Shown here piece by piece: positions 1 to 8,835 of a stretch of DNA of 64,000 nt. The stretch spans positions 160,001 through 224,000 of the IMG/VR virus record IMGVR_UViG_3300047321_000298. One strand, written 5' to 3'. How positions within the stretch are numbered: position 1 is the stretch's first letter; each line of letters starts with the position of its first letter. Source of the stretch: a virus (taxonomy: Duplodnaviria > Caudoviricetes). Under the pieces are notes generated by a model, which had not been told where the DNA came from, did no database searches, and saw only the letters and a program-made list of their open reading frames with translations. The translations under genes and the position numbers were made by a program.

Positions 1-2
1 AG

Positions 3-689
3 CACTGGAATGTGACGCTGGCGTATCGCCAGTCGGACGAAATCACACTGTACTGGGAAAACTCGGACATCGACGCGCAGATGCCGTTCGACGGCCGGGT
101 CCAGAAACTGGTATCGCTTCTCGCTTCGTCTGCATCGGTTCGTTTCTACCAGCTTATCCACGAGCACCTGCCGGAAAAGGACGACAAGATTCCTGAACTT
201 GACTGCCGCGTGTGGCAGCTTCCGACCTACGGCGAGGTCTACAACGCGTTTCTGTGGCGCGAGCAGGACGCGACTCGCAACTCGTTGCAGATGGCAGCAC
301 GTTCGCTTTACTCGCACAAGCAACTGCACGGTAAGGGCTATGCGGCACTCCACGACATGCTGCATGAAAAGGGCGTCAACTGGAACGACCTACCTGCATT
401 CTTCAAACGCGGGACCTACGCGCGCACGTTTCGGTCCGTGAAGATTTTCACGAAAGAAGAACTGGAAGCGATGAACGACAAGGCACGGTCCCACGCTCTA
501 CAGAACCCGGTTCTTCGGTCTGAGGTTCGCTGCGTCGTCGCTAACCCGCTAAGCGAATACGGGATGTTGGCCAACTTGCTCGCGGAAGCTGGCTCCGAGG
601 AATCCCCAATCAGCAAAGGCATGTTGCGGGAAGCCCGTAATCGGGAAGCCCTGAAGAAAAATGGTCTTGTCAATTGGAGCTTCAAGTGA
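3..689 (+). CDS. thg1: tRNA-His guanylyltransferase Thg1-like protein (5' end truncated by window)
   Basis: Frame open from base 3; Thg1 motifs AYRQSDEI, FDGRVQKL, LDCRVWQLP, WREQDATRNS, GVNWNDLP..FKRG. Confidence 0.88.
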   Translation, partial: HWNVTLAYRQSDEITLYWENSDIDAQMPFDGRVQKLVSLLASSASVRFYQLIHEHLPEKDDKIPELDCRVWQLPTYGEVYNAFLWREQDATRNSLQMAARSLYSHKQLHGKGYAALHDMLHEKGVNWNDLPAFFKRGTYARTFRSVKIFTKEELEAMNDKARSHALQNPVLRSEVRCVVANPLSEYGMLANLLAEAGSEESPISKGMLREARNREALKKNGLVNWSFK

Positions 690-1234
690 GCCGAGAAGAA
701 TACGTACCGAACGAACGCATCGTGGACCGCGCTGTTTATTTGTGGCTCAAGGCGCTCCGTAAGCCTCAGTACAACAACGGCGGCGGTCTTGAATCCTTCA
801 TGGCGTCAGGTATAGCTTCCATGCTTCCGAAGAATAATGACGAGCAGACACTCGCTCGCTTCGGTGCCGAACTCAAAACGCTGCTGATGAGTGGAGAGGT
901 GAGCCAATACGGGAACGGAGAGTCGTTCACGCATTATCAGACGTATCTGGGCGTGGACTACCACCCCGACAAAACACTGAGTACTGCGGCTGAGGCGGCC
1001 GGATTGAAGATGGAGTTCCCGTGGAAAACGTCCATGCATCTGTGGACTAACTACGTTCAGTTCAGTCTCGGCTACGGTAACCGTGGGCTATATCACTACC
1101 CGCTGAGCAACGGCAAGTGGTTGCTTACGACGTTGACCGGGGCTCCGGAGCACGTCACGGGGCTCTGCGAGCTTGCGGAAAGCAGGCTTAGCGAGGGTGC
1201 GCCGTGCCCAATCTTCTATCACATCGAAGAGTGA
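686..1234 (+). CDS. hypothetical phage protein
   Basis: GTGA start/stop overlap with the thg1 stop; 182 aa. Confidence 0.7.
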   Translation: MSREEYVPNERIVDRAVYLWLKALRKPQYNNGGGLESFMASGIASMLPKNNDEQTLARFGAELKTLLMSGEVSQYGNGESFTHYQTYLGVDYHPDKTLSTAAEAAGLKMEFPWKTSMHLWTNYVQFSLGYGNRGLYHYPLSNGKWLLTTLTGAPEHVTGLCELAESRLSEGAPCPIFYHIEE

Positions 1235-1237
1235 TAA

Positions 1238-2044
1238 ATGCGCCAAAGAATCATAGAAGCCCTTCGCTGGATCGAGCACAAAGAAAAGGTCAAGATTCTC
1301 GTTGCTGTCGAAGCCGGGTCGCGGGCCTGGGGCTTCGAGTCCCCAGACTCTGATTTCGACGTGCGCTATGTGTACGTCCGGCGACCGACTGCCTACCTGG
1401 AAATTGACGACCGGCGCGATGTGATCGACCACTACCACCAGCAACCGTATATCCAAGGATCGGGGTTTGATGATCCGCTGCTTGATATCACGGGGTGGGA
1501 CGTGAAGAAGGCTTTGCAATTGCTGCGCAAAGGCTCACCCCAACTTCAGGAGTGGTTGAACAGCACCACGATTTACATCGAGGGCCAACGCCAAAGCTTG
1601 CTTGATCTGTCGAATTCGATCAACCGGTTTGAGCCTGTGTACATGTTCTATCGGTCGATGGCAGCGAACAACTTCCGGACGTATCTGCAGGGCGACATGG
1701 TTCGCTACAAGAAGTATTTGTATGTGATTCGTCCACTGCTCGCTGCCCAGTGGGTCCTGACGTATCGCACGTTTCCACCTGTCGATTTCCGGACGCTACT
1801 GCTCGATGTGATCCAGCAGTACGAGACGATGTTCCCGCACCTACGCGAAGCCATCGAACGGCTGCTCGAACGGAAGGCTAAGGCCAGCGAGTTGGAGGAC
1901 GCGCCGCGTGACGAGGTTTTGCACGAGTGGATTCGATGGGAATTTGACCGCAAACCCCATCAGATGGATGACCCGGTGTCAGACCCGACGCCCCAACTGA
2001 ACAGTTTCTTTCATCGGGTGCTATGTGGAAAAGAGCTACGTTGA
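1238..2044 (+). CDS. Pol-beta superfamily nucleotidyltransferase (Nuc-transf/RlaP family)
   Basis: AVEAGSRAWGFESPDSDFDVRYVY, DITGWDVKKAL, KKYLYVIRPLLA motifs. Confidence 0.88.
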   Translation: MRQRIIEALRWIEHKEKVKILVAVEAGSRAWGFESPDSDFDVRYVYVRRPTAYLEIDDRRDVIDHYHQQPYIQGSGFDDPLLDITGWDVKKALQLLRKGSPQLQEWLNSTTIYIEGQRQSLLDLSNSINRFEPVYMFYRSMAANNFRTYLQGDMVRYKKYLYVIRPLLAAQWVLTYRTFPPVDFRTLLLDVIQQYETMFPHLREAIERLLERKAKASELEDAPRDEVLHEWIRWEFDRKPHQMDDPVSDPTPQLNSFFHRVLCGKELR

Positions 2045-2339
2045 TTCAGCGGTGCAAATCGAGTGTGCCGTCTCCGCTGACGGTACGGCGATTCACGCCG
2101 GTCAAATCTGGAAACACAAACGGTCGAAGTTCCATTCGGTGTTTGTGGTCACCTCCGTCTACGAGCGCTCCTATCAAGGCGGCAAGAACTCACGAGCCCG
2201 CGTTAAGGGAGTTCTGATTTCGTCCGGTGACCCGCAATCCTGCGACCCATCAAGATCGTTAGACGTTGAGTCACTCCGAACGATGTACCCGTTCATCCAC
2301 TTCGAGCCGTACAAGCCAAGACCTGAGGAAGATAAATGA
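2025..2339 (+). CDS. hypothetical protein
   Basis: Coupled to both neighbours; ATGA overlap with the next gene. Confidence 0.6.
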   Translation: MEKSYVDSAVQIECAVSADGTAIHAGQIWKHKRSKFHSVFVVTSVYERSYQGGKNSRARVKGVLISSGDPQSCDPSRSLDVESLRTMYPFIHFEPYKPRPEEDK

Positions 2340-3067
2340 GCAGCGCAAAAGATCATGAACTGGAGGCAGAACTCCAGCGACTTCAGGCCAACGCACCGCG
2401 CCTGAAACCCGAAGACATCGACGCGGTAATCGTGGGCACCACCTACACCAAGCTACCGTCAGAAAAAGTGCTGGTGTGTGAACTCACGCTTCGAAACAAG
2501 TACACGGTGCGCGGCGAATCGGCTGTCGTATCCATCGCCAACTACAGGCAAGAGGTCGGCGAGCGCATCTCGAAAGAGCGGGCGTACGCGAAAATCTGGG
2601 AGCTTGAGGGCTATCTGCTTCAGCAGCGCCTTTACGAGCAGGCACTCGCCTCAGTCGGCGGGGTGGCGGTACCAGCTACGGCGCAGCGAACCTATACCCG
2701 CAACGATGTGCAGACCTGGCGCGACGATGCATTTAAGACCGCGCTGTCGCTGATAGAGCGTATCAAGCTGATCGACGGAAATCCGGACCACGATTTTGTG
2801 CGCGGCCAACTCGATATGGTCACCTGTGCGATTGACGGCTTGATTTCAAAGGACTACGAACAAGCATGGTACCTGGCCTCAGCGCTCCGCCGGACCTTCA
2901 ATGGTGAAAATCTGCCGCTCGTGCTGGGTTTCGAACAGAGCGTGACAGAACAGACTGGGTACTACGGCACCGGCCCGGAGCAGTGGGGGCCGCACGATCA
3001 GGCACCCGGGTTTTTCACGGACAATCATCAGCCGTGTCAACCGTTCGTGTGGCGTTTCGCGGACTAA
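2336..3067 (+). CDS. phage Gp49/Gp66-family domain protein with C-terminal extension
   Basis: PRLKPEDIDAVI...VCELTLRNKYTVRGESAVVSIANY..EVGERISKERAYAKIWELEGYLL. Confidence 0.75.
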   Translation: MSSAKDHELEAELQRLQANAPRLKPEDIDAVIVGTTYTKLPSEKVLVCELTLRNKYTVRGESAVVSIANYRQEVGERISKERAYAKIWELEGYLLQQRLYEQALASVGGVAVPATAQRTYTRNDVQTWRDDAFKTALSLIERIKLIDGNPDHDFVRGQLDMVTCAIDGLISKDYEQAWYLASALRRTFNGENLPLVLGFEQSVTEQTGYYGTGPEQWGPHDQAPGFFTDNHQPCQPFVWRFAD

Positions 3068-3082
3068 CCCCGTAGTTTGTTG

Positions 3083-3112
3083 TTGACGTGCTGTTGACGT
3101 TTTGTGTATGAT
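3083..3112 (+). promoter_or_regulatory. sigma70-like promoter containing the repeated 15-bp element
   Basis: TTGACG (3083)-N18-TATGAT (3107); element ttgacgttttgtgta at 3094-3108. Confidence 0.6.
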
Positions 3113-3144
3113 GAACACATAAACTAAACAACAAGGGGTTCGAA

Positions 3145-3225
3145 ATGAACGCAACGTTTCCTGGTTTCATTGGGGCCTGTGCTGTTGGGGCAATTCTGGC
3201 AATCATGATTGCAGCCAGCATGTAA
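3145..3225 (+). CDS. 26-aa hydrophobic peptide
   Basis: RBS aagggg; MNATFPGFIGACAVGAILAIMIAASM directly after the promoter. Confidence 0.5.
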   Translation: MNATFPGFIGACAVGAILAIMIAASM

Positions 3226-3264
3226 GGGTTTTAAAATCCGGGCTTCCGTTTTTGAAGTTTTGAA

Positions 3265-3351
3265 ATGAGCGACGATCTACACTACGCGTGCGGCATGTTG
3301 TTTCTTTGCGCGCTGCTGGCCGCCCTATTGACCGTGCCCGATTTACTCTAA
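3265..3351 (+). CDS. 28-aa hydrophobic peptide
   Basis: MSDDLHYACGMLFLCALLAALLTVPDLL; ends 6 nt before the next gene. Confidence 0.45.
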   Translation: MSDDLHYACGMLFLCALLAALLTVPDLL

Positions 3352-3357
3352 TCCAAA

Positions 3358-3819
3358 ATGAAAGAGTCAAAAGCTACAGTTGACCGGTGGATGGCTGAGA
3401 AAGCCGCCTCAGGTTTCCAGTTTATGTTTGTTGTGTGCGATACGTTCGACTATCAACAGTATCCGGTTGGCGTCAAAGCTTCCGAGTTTTGGAGCATGCA
3501 CGAGCGCTATCACGGGATGGACATGCAGCGCATCGAGGGATACTACGACTTGTCCACGAAACAGACGCTCATCAACTTTCCGCCAAAGGTCGAGCCGGAA
3601 GCGTACATGTTGACTCTGCTGAAGGCCCGACCGACCCATACGACGTTCACTGTCCATATGGACTATCAGCGCCGGAAACTGACCGAAATCGACACGACTG
3701 AGCGTCAGGCGCTGGAACAGGTGCGCGAGGCGCTGCTTGATCCACAAAACCCGCACGTTGCAAGTCGCGCAAACAACGCACTGAACATCATCGACAAGGT
3801 AATAGGCGAGCCAAAATGA
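3358..3819 (+). CDS. hypothetical protein
   Basis: ORF track; ATGA coupling to the next gene. Confidence 0.7.
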   Translation: MKESKATVDRWMAEKAASGFQFMFVVCDTFDYQQYPVGVKASEFWSMHERYHGMDMQRIEGYYDLSTKQTLINFPPKVEPEAYMLTLLKARPTHTTFTVHMDYQRRKLTEIDTTERQALEQVREALLDPQNPHVASRANNALNIIDKVIGEPK

Positions 3820-4289
3820 GCGATAACCTGATGACCAAGACGGAAATCATGAAGTTGATCGCAGCGGGTCGAATTCATGAATCGTTCGTGCACTCGATTG
3901 AAGGCACGTTCGACATCACGGAGATGCGAGCACGCGCGTCTGGGTCGCAGGTAGTCACCGTGCCGATCCAGTCGGTATTGCCGTTCGTCCTCGAAAATCG
4001 GGTGTTCGAACTGGATCGGGTGTTCGAACTGGACGACAACAGTTGGAAGAACGACCCCGCGATGTGCGTCGTTTTTGACCGGGCCGAAGTCGTTGAGCAC
4101 CTGCTGGTGGATGGCGTTCACCGGATCATGCGCCGGTACCACGAGGGGTTAGAAGACTTCGAATGCTACTTCGTGGCCGAAAGAGACATCGTTCGGCCGG
4201 ACATGTCCAAGTGGCAGGACGGTACCGAACGCGGCTTAGACTGGGGTACCGAAATCGTGGTTGACGGCAAGATCGTAAAGCGTAGTTAA
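3816..4289 (+). CDS. hypothetical protein, possible ParB/Srx-like N-terminal fold
   Basis: LLVDGVHRIMRR resembles the ParB/sulfiredoxin DGxHR motif. Confidence 0.5.
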   Translation: MSDNLMTKTEIMKLIAAGRIHESFVHSIEGTFDITEMRARASGSQVVTVPIQSVLPFVLENRVFELDRVFELDDNSWKNDPAMCVVFDRAEVVEHLLVDGVHRIMRRYHEGLEDFECYFVAERDIVRPDMSKWQDGTERGLDWGTEIVVDGKIVKRS

Positions 4290-4309
4290 AACAACTATTC
4301 GGGGAATCT

Positions 4310-4621
4310 ATGAAATATCTGGTCGCTGGTTTGCTTAGTGCGGTGGCGTTCGCCATCTCTTTTTTCTTTCAGGCCGCAATGTGGGTCCGGCTGTACGCGG
4401 GACTCGAACCGCCGATCTTCTTCTTTGTTCTCCTGTCCGTTGTGGTCGGCGCGTTCTTTTTCTTGGGGTACGCCGTCGCTGACTGTACGTCTGGCCGCAC
4501 CCCGGTCAAAGACGAAGCCGACGAGTGGAAGCCCGTGCGGAGGTCGATTGATGAGCACGGAGCGGAATTCGTGAGCGCTCAGGAGATTCGCTTTCGCATG
4601 AAAAAGAGGTACCCAAGTTGA
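4310..4621 (+). CDS. membrane protein (2 predicted TM segments)
   Basis: Two hydrophobic stretches in the N-terminal 55 aa. Confidence 0.65.
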   Translation: MKYLVAGLLSAVAFAISFFFQAAMWVRLYAGLEPPIFFFVLLSVVVGAFFFLGYAVADCTSGRTPVKDEADEWKPVRRSIDEHGAEFVSAQEIRFRMKKRYPS

Positions 4622-4902
4622 TGGACCCGCGTTTGAAAGAGGGTGACGCCTATCAAATTCGAAGGTATGACCGGGACAACACGGTAACCCCCGGTTGGGG
4701 AGAGTGGGAGACTGTGACGCGTCAGAAGTATGACGATGTTTGCGCCTACATAGAGATGGGTTACCTGTTTTACCAGGCTCGATCACTGACCTGTAGTCAC
4801 GCCGTGTGCCACAAGCTTTCGCCACCTGACGACTGTCCGGGCACGCAAGAAGTAGGAATTGCAAAAGAATTTCGGGGAAATCCATTCGCCTTCCGTAAAT
4901 AA
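4621..4902 (+). CDS. hypothetical protein
   Basis: ATG overlaps the upstream stop. Confidence 0.6.
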   Translation: MDPRLKEGDAYQIRRYDRDNTVTPGWGEWETVTRQKYDDVCAYIEMGYLFYQARSLTCSHAVCHKLSPPDDCPGTQEVGIAKEFRGNPFAFRK

Positions 4903-4951
4903 GCTGATGTAGGGGCCAGACCGAGTCCCTCACATCAACAAGGAGCGGAAG

Positions 4952-6682
4952 GTGTCAACGATTGGAACTGAAACTATCGAGCAGCAAAAGAAGCGCCTGG
5001 GCACGGACTCTGATTCGGATTACAGCGCGTTTCTGGCCCACGTGAAATCGACGTTCAAGAAGGCGGTAGCCGATCAGGACGCCCGCCTCTTCTATGTGAG
5101 TTTTGATCCGGCCGATGCTCCGGGCCCGACCGAAGACGACGAAGACGCGCCTCTCGCTCTTTTCGATCACTACCTCGCGCACATCCATCCGTCGCAACGT
5201 CAGGTCCACACCTGCAGCACGTGCCGTTCGTTCATGAAGCGATACGGCGGGCTCGTGACCGTGTCGAAGAAAGGTCGCATCAAGTCGGCGCTGTGGGACG
5301 AAGAAGGGTATGAAGGCCCGTACGAAGACGCAATATGTGGTCTGCGTCAGGAAGTCGAGAGCGCGCACATCAAGGGCGTGTTTCTGACCAAGGAAATCAA
5401 GCTCGGTTATGAGACCACTGGCGGCGCATACTTCAGCGAACCTGAATGGAGTCACCTGTCTGTGTCGGTGCCCCGTCATCTGATCTTCCAAAGCTCGTTG
5501 CTGTCGGCCAAGCAAAAGATGGCGGCCAAGCGCGAGGACTACAAAAACATGGTCAGGGCTCTGACCGAGTTTTCGATTGACACCGTAAATCAGGCAGTGG
5601 CTCTTCTGGAATCGAACGCGCTGTACCGTGCAGATGCGGTTCTTGGGCCCGCGAAGTTCCTGCAAGAGGTGCTGCTCGAACGCGCGGGCGTGAACAACCG
5701 CCAGTACCGGGCTAACTTGCTGTGGAAGCGCGTGGCTTCCGCTCCTGATGGTTTCCTGCATCCGAACTCTTCAATGATCGGTACGCTGCTCGATGACATC
5801 CAGAAGGGGTTGAAGTTTGACGCGGTGAAGGCGCGTTTTGCCGAGAAGATGGCACCGACGCAATACATGCGACCACAGGTAGCACCGAAGGCCGGTAACA
5901 TCCAGCAAGCTGAAACGATCATCGCTAAGCTCAACGCGGCAGGTGCTCTGGAGCGTCGCTTTGCTCGTCTCGAAGACATCCAGACGATCTGGCACCCGCA
6001 GCGACAGGTGTCGAAGCGGTCATCGGCCGATGAAGGTGGTGTGTTCTCGCACCTGCAATCGAAGGGGGCAGCACTCTCGGCTAATCTGGAGCCGATGCGC
6101 GGTATGCAACCGAGCGTGATGACGTGGAGCCTCTTCCGCTCGAAAGTCCTGCCGAAAGCACTGCGAATCCAGGTGTACACGCAGCCCCATGGGCTGTACG
6201 GAGCCTACACGACTGCGGCGTATGAAGACGCGGAGCCGATCATCCAGTGGGACAACACGGAGCGCCGCAACCCCGTTGCCTGGTACGTGTACCACGCTGG
6301 CTCGTCTGCGCATCAGTGGGGGTTGGCCGCAAACGCTTGGATCGATGTATCAGCCATGAGCCTGCAACCGCACCAGTGGTTCGAGGAAGAGAAGTACATG
6401 CACCATGGTGAAGGCGTTCTGCTCGTTCTTCCGAACTGTCGGGATTCGCAGTACAAACGGGCGGGCAATGCTCTGTTTCCGCAGTGCCTGCGCTCCGAGT
6501 TGCATGGAGTCCGCGCGACTATCGAGGCGTACTCGCAAACCGCTGTCCTGTCTGGTGCCGATGAGCCGAATCTCGCTTGCGGTATCAAGTTCAACAAGGA
6601 CAACAATCTGCGCGGCATCCTGTTCCGAGTCCAGAAGAATGACGGGACAGTCATGAGCTACGCGCTGGATCGCTGGGAATAA
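4952..6682 (+). CDS. large conserved-type phage protein of unknown function with HxCxxC motif
   Basis: RBS aaggagcgg; HTCSTCRSFMKRYGGLV; 576 aa. Confidence 0.75.
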   Translation: MSTIGTETIEQQKKRLGTDSDSDYSAFLAHVKSTFKKAVADQDARLFYVSFDPADAPGPTEDDEDAPLALFDHYLAHIHPSQRQVHTCSTCRSFMKRYGGLVTVSKKGRIKSALWDEEGYEGPYEDAICGLRQEVESAHIKGVFLTKEIKLGYETTGGAYFSEPEWSHLSVSVPRHLIFQSSLLSAKQKMAAKREDYKNMVRALTEFSIDTVNQAVALLESNALYRADAVLGPAKFLQEVLLERAGVNNRQYRANLLWKRVASAPDGFLHPNSSMIGTLLDDIQKGLKFDAVKARFAEKMAPTQYMRPQVAPKAGNIQQAETIIAKLNAAGALERRFARLEDIQTIWHPQRQVSKRSSADEGGVFSHLQSKGAALSANLEPMRGMQPSVMTWSLFRSKVLPKALRIQVYTQPHGLYGAYTTAAYEDAEPIIQWDNTERRNPVAWYVYHAGSSAHQWGLAANAWIDVSAMSLQPHQWFEEEKYMHHGEGVLLVLPNCRDSQYKRAGNALFPQCLRSELHGVRATIEAYSQTAVLSGADEPNLACGIKFNKDNNLRGILFRVQKNDGTVMSYALDRWE

Positions 6683-6755
6683 AGGCGAAAGCTGAGTTAA
6701 TGCTCGTGGGCCCCGTAATTCGGGGCTCTCTGCACGTTACCACCTGAAAAATAAA

Positions 6756-7280
6756 ATGAACAAACTTCAGATTAAGAAAAGTGCCTGGCACTATCGGCTG
6801 GCGCTCAAATTCGGTTGGACTGAACTGGTACGGAACCCGAACTGGGGTTACCGTGATACGCCGATGTACGTACCGAACGATGACTTCTGCTCCTATCTGC
6901 GACGCGTCCTTCTGGGGCTAGCGATTATCGCGCTGTGTGCTGGCATGCTCGCTTTCTATTGCTACTGCAATTACCTTCTCTGCGTAGACTTGCTGAAAGG
7001 CACCTTCGTATTTCAAAACGGCCCGCTTCGCCAGCTTTTTGCCGTGACTTTTGACGTGATTATCGTGGTCCTGGCAGCAGGTTGGGTCTTGTGGAATACG
7101 TGGATTCATTGGGGCTTGGGTGATTGGGTGTATGAAAAAACGGAGGGTTGGAGGGATGCCCTTTACGAAAAGTCCTATGCCAAACGAAAGACCAAGCCTG
7201 CGCGCGATCCGTTTTACAAGGCCGCGTACGAAACATTGAAGCACAAGTTCTGCATGAAGATCGAGGTAACGAATGACTAA
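6756..7280 (+). CDS. membrane protein
   Basis: Two hydrophobic segments (aa ~52-75, ~93-115). Confidence 0.65.
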   Translation: MNKLQIKKSAWHYRLALKFGWTELVRNPNWGYRDTPMYVPNDDFCSYLRRVLLGLAIIALCAGMLAFYCYCNYLLCVDLLKGTFVFQNGPLRQLFAVTFDVIIVVLAAGWVLWNTWIHWGLGDWVYEKTEGWRDALYEKSYAKRKTKPARDPFYKAAYETLKHKFCMKIEVTND

Positions 7281-7503
7281 CGCGTTCGACAAATTCACAG
7301 AACTGTATAAGTCCGATCCGTCAGCACCGCATCTGCGCTTAGGTCAGTTCTTCTGCAATCTGTACATACGCGAATCGTGGCCCGAACTCTACTACGAAGC
7401 AGATGATTCGAAGGCCGCCGCGCTGATCTGTGATTGGCTGGAGCGTCACCAGTACACCGACAGTCTGCCGAAGCCCCAAAACCGCATCCAACTTCCGCAC
7501 TGA
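7273..7503 (+). CDS. hypothetical protein
   Basis: Coupled ORF; HLRLGQFFCN motif. Confidence 0.6.
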   Translation: MTNAFDKFTELYKSDPSAPHLRLGQFFCNLYIRESWPELYYEADDSKAAALICDWLERHQYTDSLPKPQNRIQLPH

Positions 7504-7511
7504 GCCCAACT

Positions 7512-7928
7512 ATGGATAACGCAAAAGAGTATGCCTCGCTGGTGGCCAATGGCGCGGTCCTTGACACGCTGGTTGCTTTGATCGAGCGGGGCCCACTGGA
7601 TGACGGCAGTGTGCCCTCCAAGCGCGGTCGCGACACGCTGATCGCCCACGGGTGCGCGCAACGGGTGATCATGCGCTCCGAAGACGGCTACACGGCCGCA
7701 ACGCTAAAGGGTGCCGATCTGTATCGGTACGCCTTTGGCAACGCAGACACCCTGAAGCAAGCTGCCGAGCGTCGCACTGCCGAGCGCGCGATTGCGAACG
7801 CTCGGACGATCCAGCTTAAACAGGCCAGCGTAACAACCCACGCGGAGTGCACACATTGCACCAACGTGCGTCTCTGCAAGGCAGAACACGGATGTGCGGC
7901 ATATCACGGCATCAACCTCTGGGGCTAA
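7512..7928 (+). CDS. hypothetical protein
   Basis: Start reassigned to ATG 7512; Cys-rich C-terminus. Confidence 0.6.
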   Translation: MDNAKEYASLVANGAVLDTLVALIERGPLDDGSVPSKRGRDTLIAHGCAQRVIMRSEDGYTAATLKGADLYRYAFGNADTLKQAAERRTAERAIANARTIQLKQASVTTHAECTHCTNVRLCKAEHGCAAYHGINLWG

Positions 7929-7931
7929 CCT

Positions 7932-8201
7932 GTGACCAAGAAACGATTCAAAGCCTCGGACACCGTGGCATTCAACGTCGAAGCCGTTGAGGTGAATGGC
8001 GAGCACTTCATCTCGATTCGCAAGATGTACCAGACGCAGAAGGAACCTGGCGTGTGGAAGCCCGGGTTTCAGGGCATCACGCTTCCGCTGAAGGGCGTCA
8101 AGAAAATAGCCGACTACGCTGCGACGATTGCTGCTGATCCGGCCACGGAGTTCCTTCATATCGAGCCGAAACCCAAGGGCGAGAAGAAGGGTAAGAAATG
8201 A
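7932..8201 (+). CDS. PC4-like (transcriptional coactivator p15) ssDNA-binding protein
   Basis: VEVNGEHFISIRKMYQ...WKPGFQGITLP matches the PC4 signature. Confidence 0.75.
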   Translation: MTKKRFKASDTVAFNVEAVEVNGEHFISIRKMYQTQKEPGVWKPGFQGITLPLKGVKKIADYAATIAADPATEFLHIEPKPKGEKKGKK

Positions 8202-8608
8202 CAGAGCAAACCGATCCGCAAAAACTACGGGCAGCACTGGAGCAGAAGGCGCTGGATTCAGAACAGCGTATGTCGTCCGCTCTGACGAGCGCCGCGTTTC
8301 AGCTTGTGCAGGCTTTAGCCAATCGGAGAGTTGACGGCATCAATCTCCGTATCGAGCGCGAGCGTCTAGATTTCGTGATGCGAACTCAGGCGGTGTGGAC
8401 GCCCGCTGGAGCCTTTGGATATTTGAAGTATCAGATGGATGGTGCTTCATTCGTCATCCAGGCGATGACCTACGAGCGGGCAATCGATAGAGCGATGAGA
8501 GATGAAACAGACGGAAATCGAGATAGTAGCAGCCCATCGTATACGTGTACTCCGCAAGCTGCACGAGAACCCGACGCCAGAACTGAAAGCGGAATTTCGG
8601 AAGCTTAA
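8198..8608 (+). CDS. hypothetical protein
   Basis: ATGA coupling; last ~35 codons overlap the next ORF. Confidence 0.55.
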   Translation: MTEQTDPQKLRAALEQKALDSEQRMSSALTSAAFQLVQALANRRVDGINLRIERERLDFVMRTQAVWTPAGAFGYLKYQMDGASFVIQAMTYERAIDRAMRDETDGNRDSSSPSYTCTPQAAREPDARTESGISEA

Positions 8609-8753
8609 TGAGCGTATGCTCGAACTCAGCCCACGGGTTCATCCAGATCAGTTGGTCGCACTAAATCGGACGCTGGGTGCGCTCAATCGTGCGCGCTCTG
8701 AGATGGATGAACTAGACAAATTAATAGCGAGCGTCACGCGTTCATTTTACTGA
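8502..8753 (+). CDS. hypothetical helical protein
   Basis: 83-aa ORF, amphipathic. Confidence 0.5.
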   Translation: MKQTEIEIVAAHRIRVLRKLHENPTPELKAEFRKLNERMLELSPRVHPDQLVALNRTLGALNRARSEMDELDKLIASVTRSFY

Positions 8754-8835
8754 CGCCCGCCATTAAATCCTGGACGCTGAAGTAAATAGGTTGTGTAGGA
8801 CACGCCTACTAACCCAAACTTCACACAGGACCAAA

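Noticed and set aside
3997-4032. Perfect 18-bp tandem duplication (RVFELD twice)
   Set aside because: Real, but an in-frame two-copy slippage with no sign of a function.
8502-8608. 107-bp overlap of two + strand ORFs as a programmed frameshift
   Set aside because: No slippery heptamer or stimulatory structure seen; more likely a C-terminal extension.
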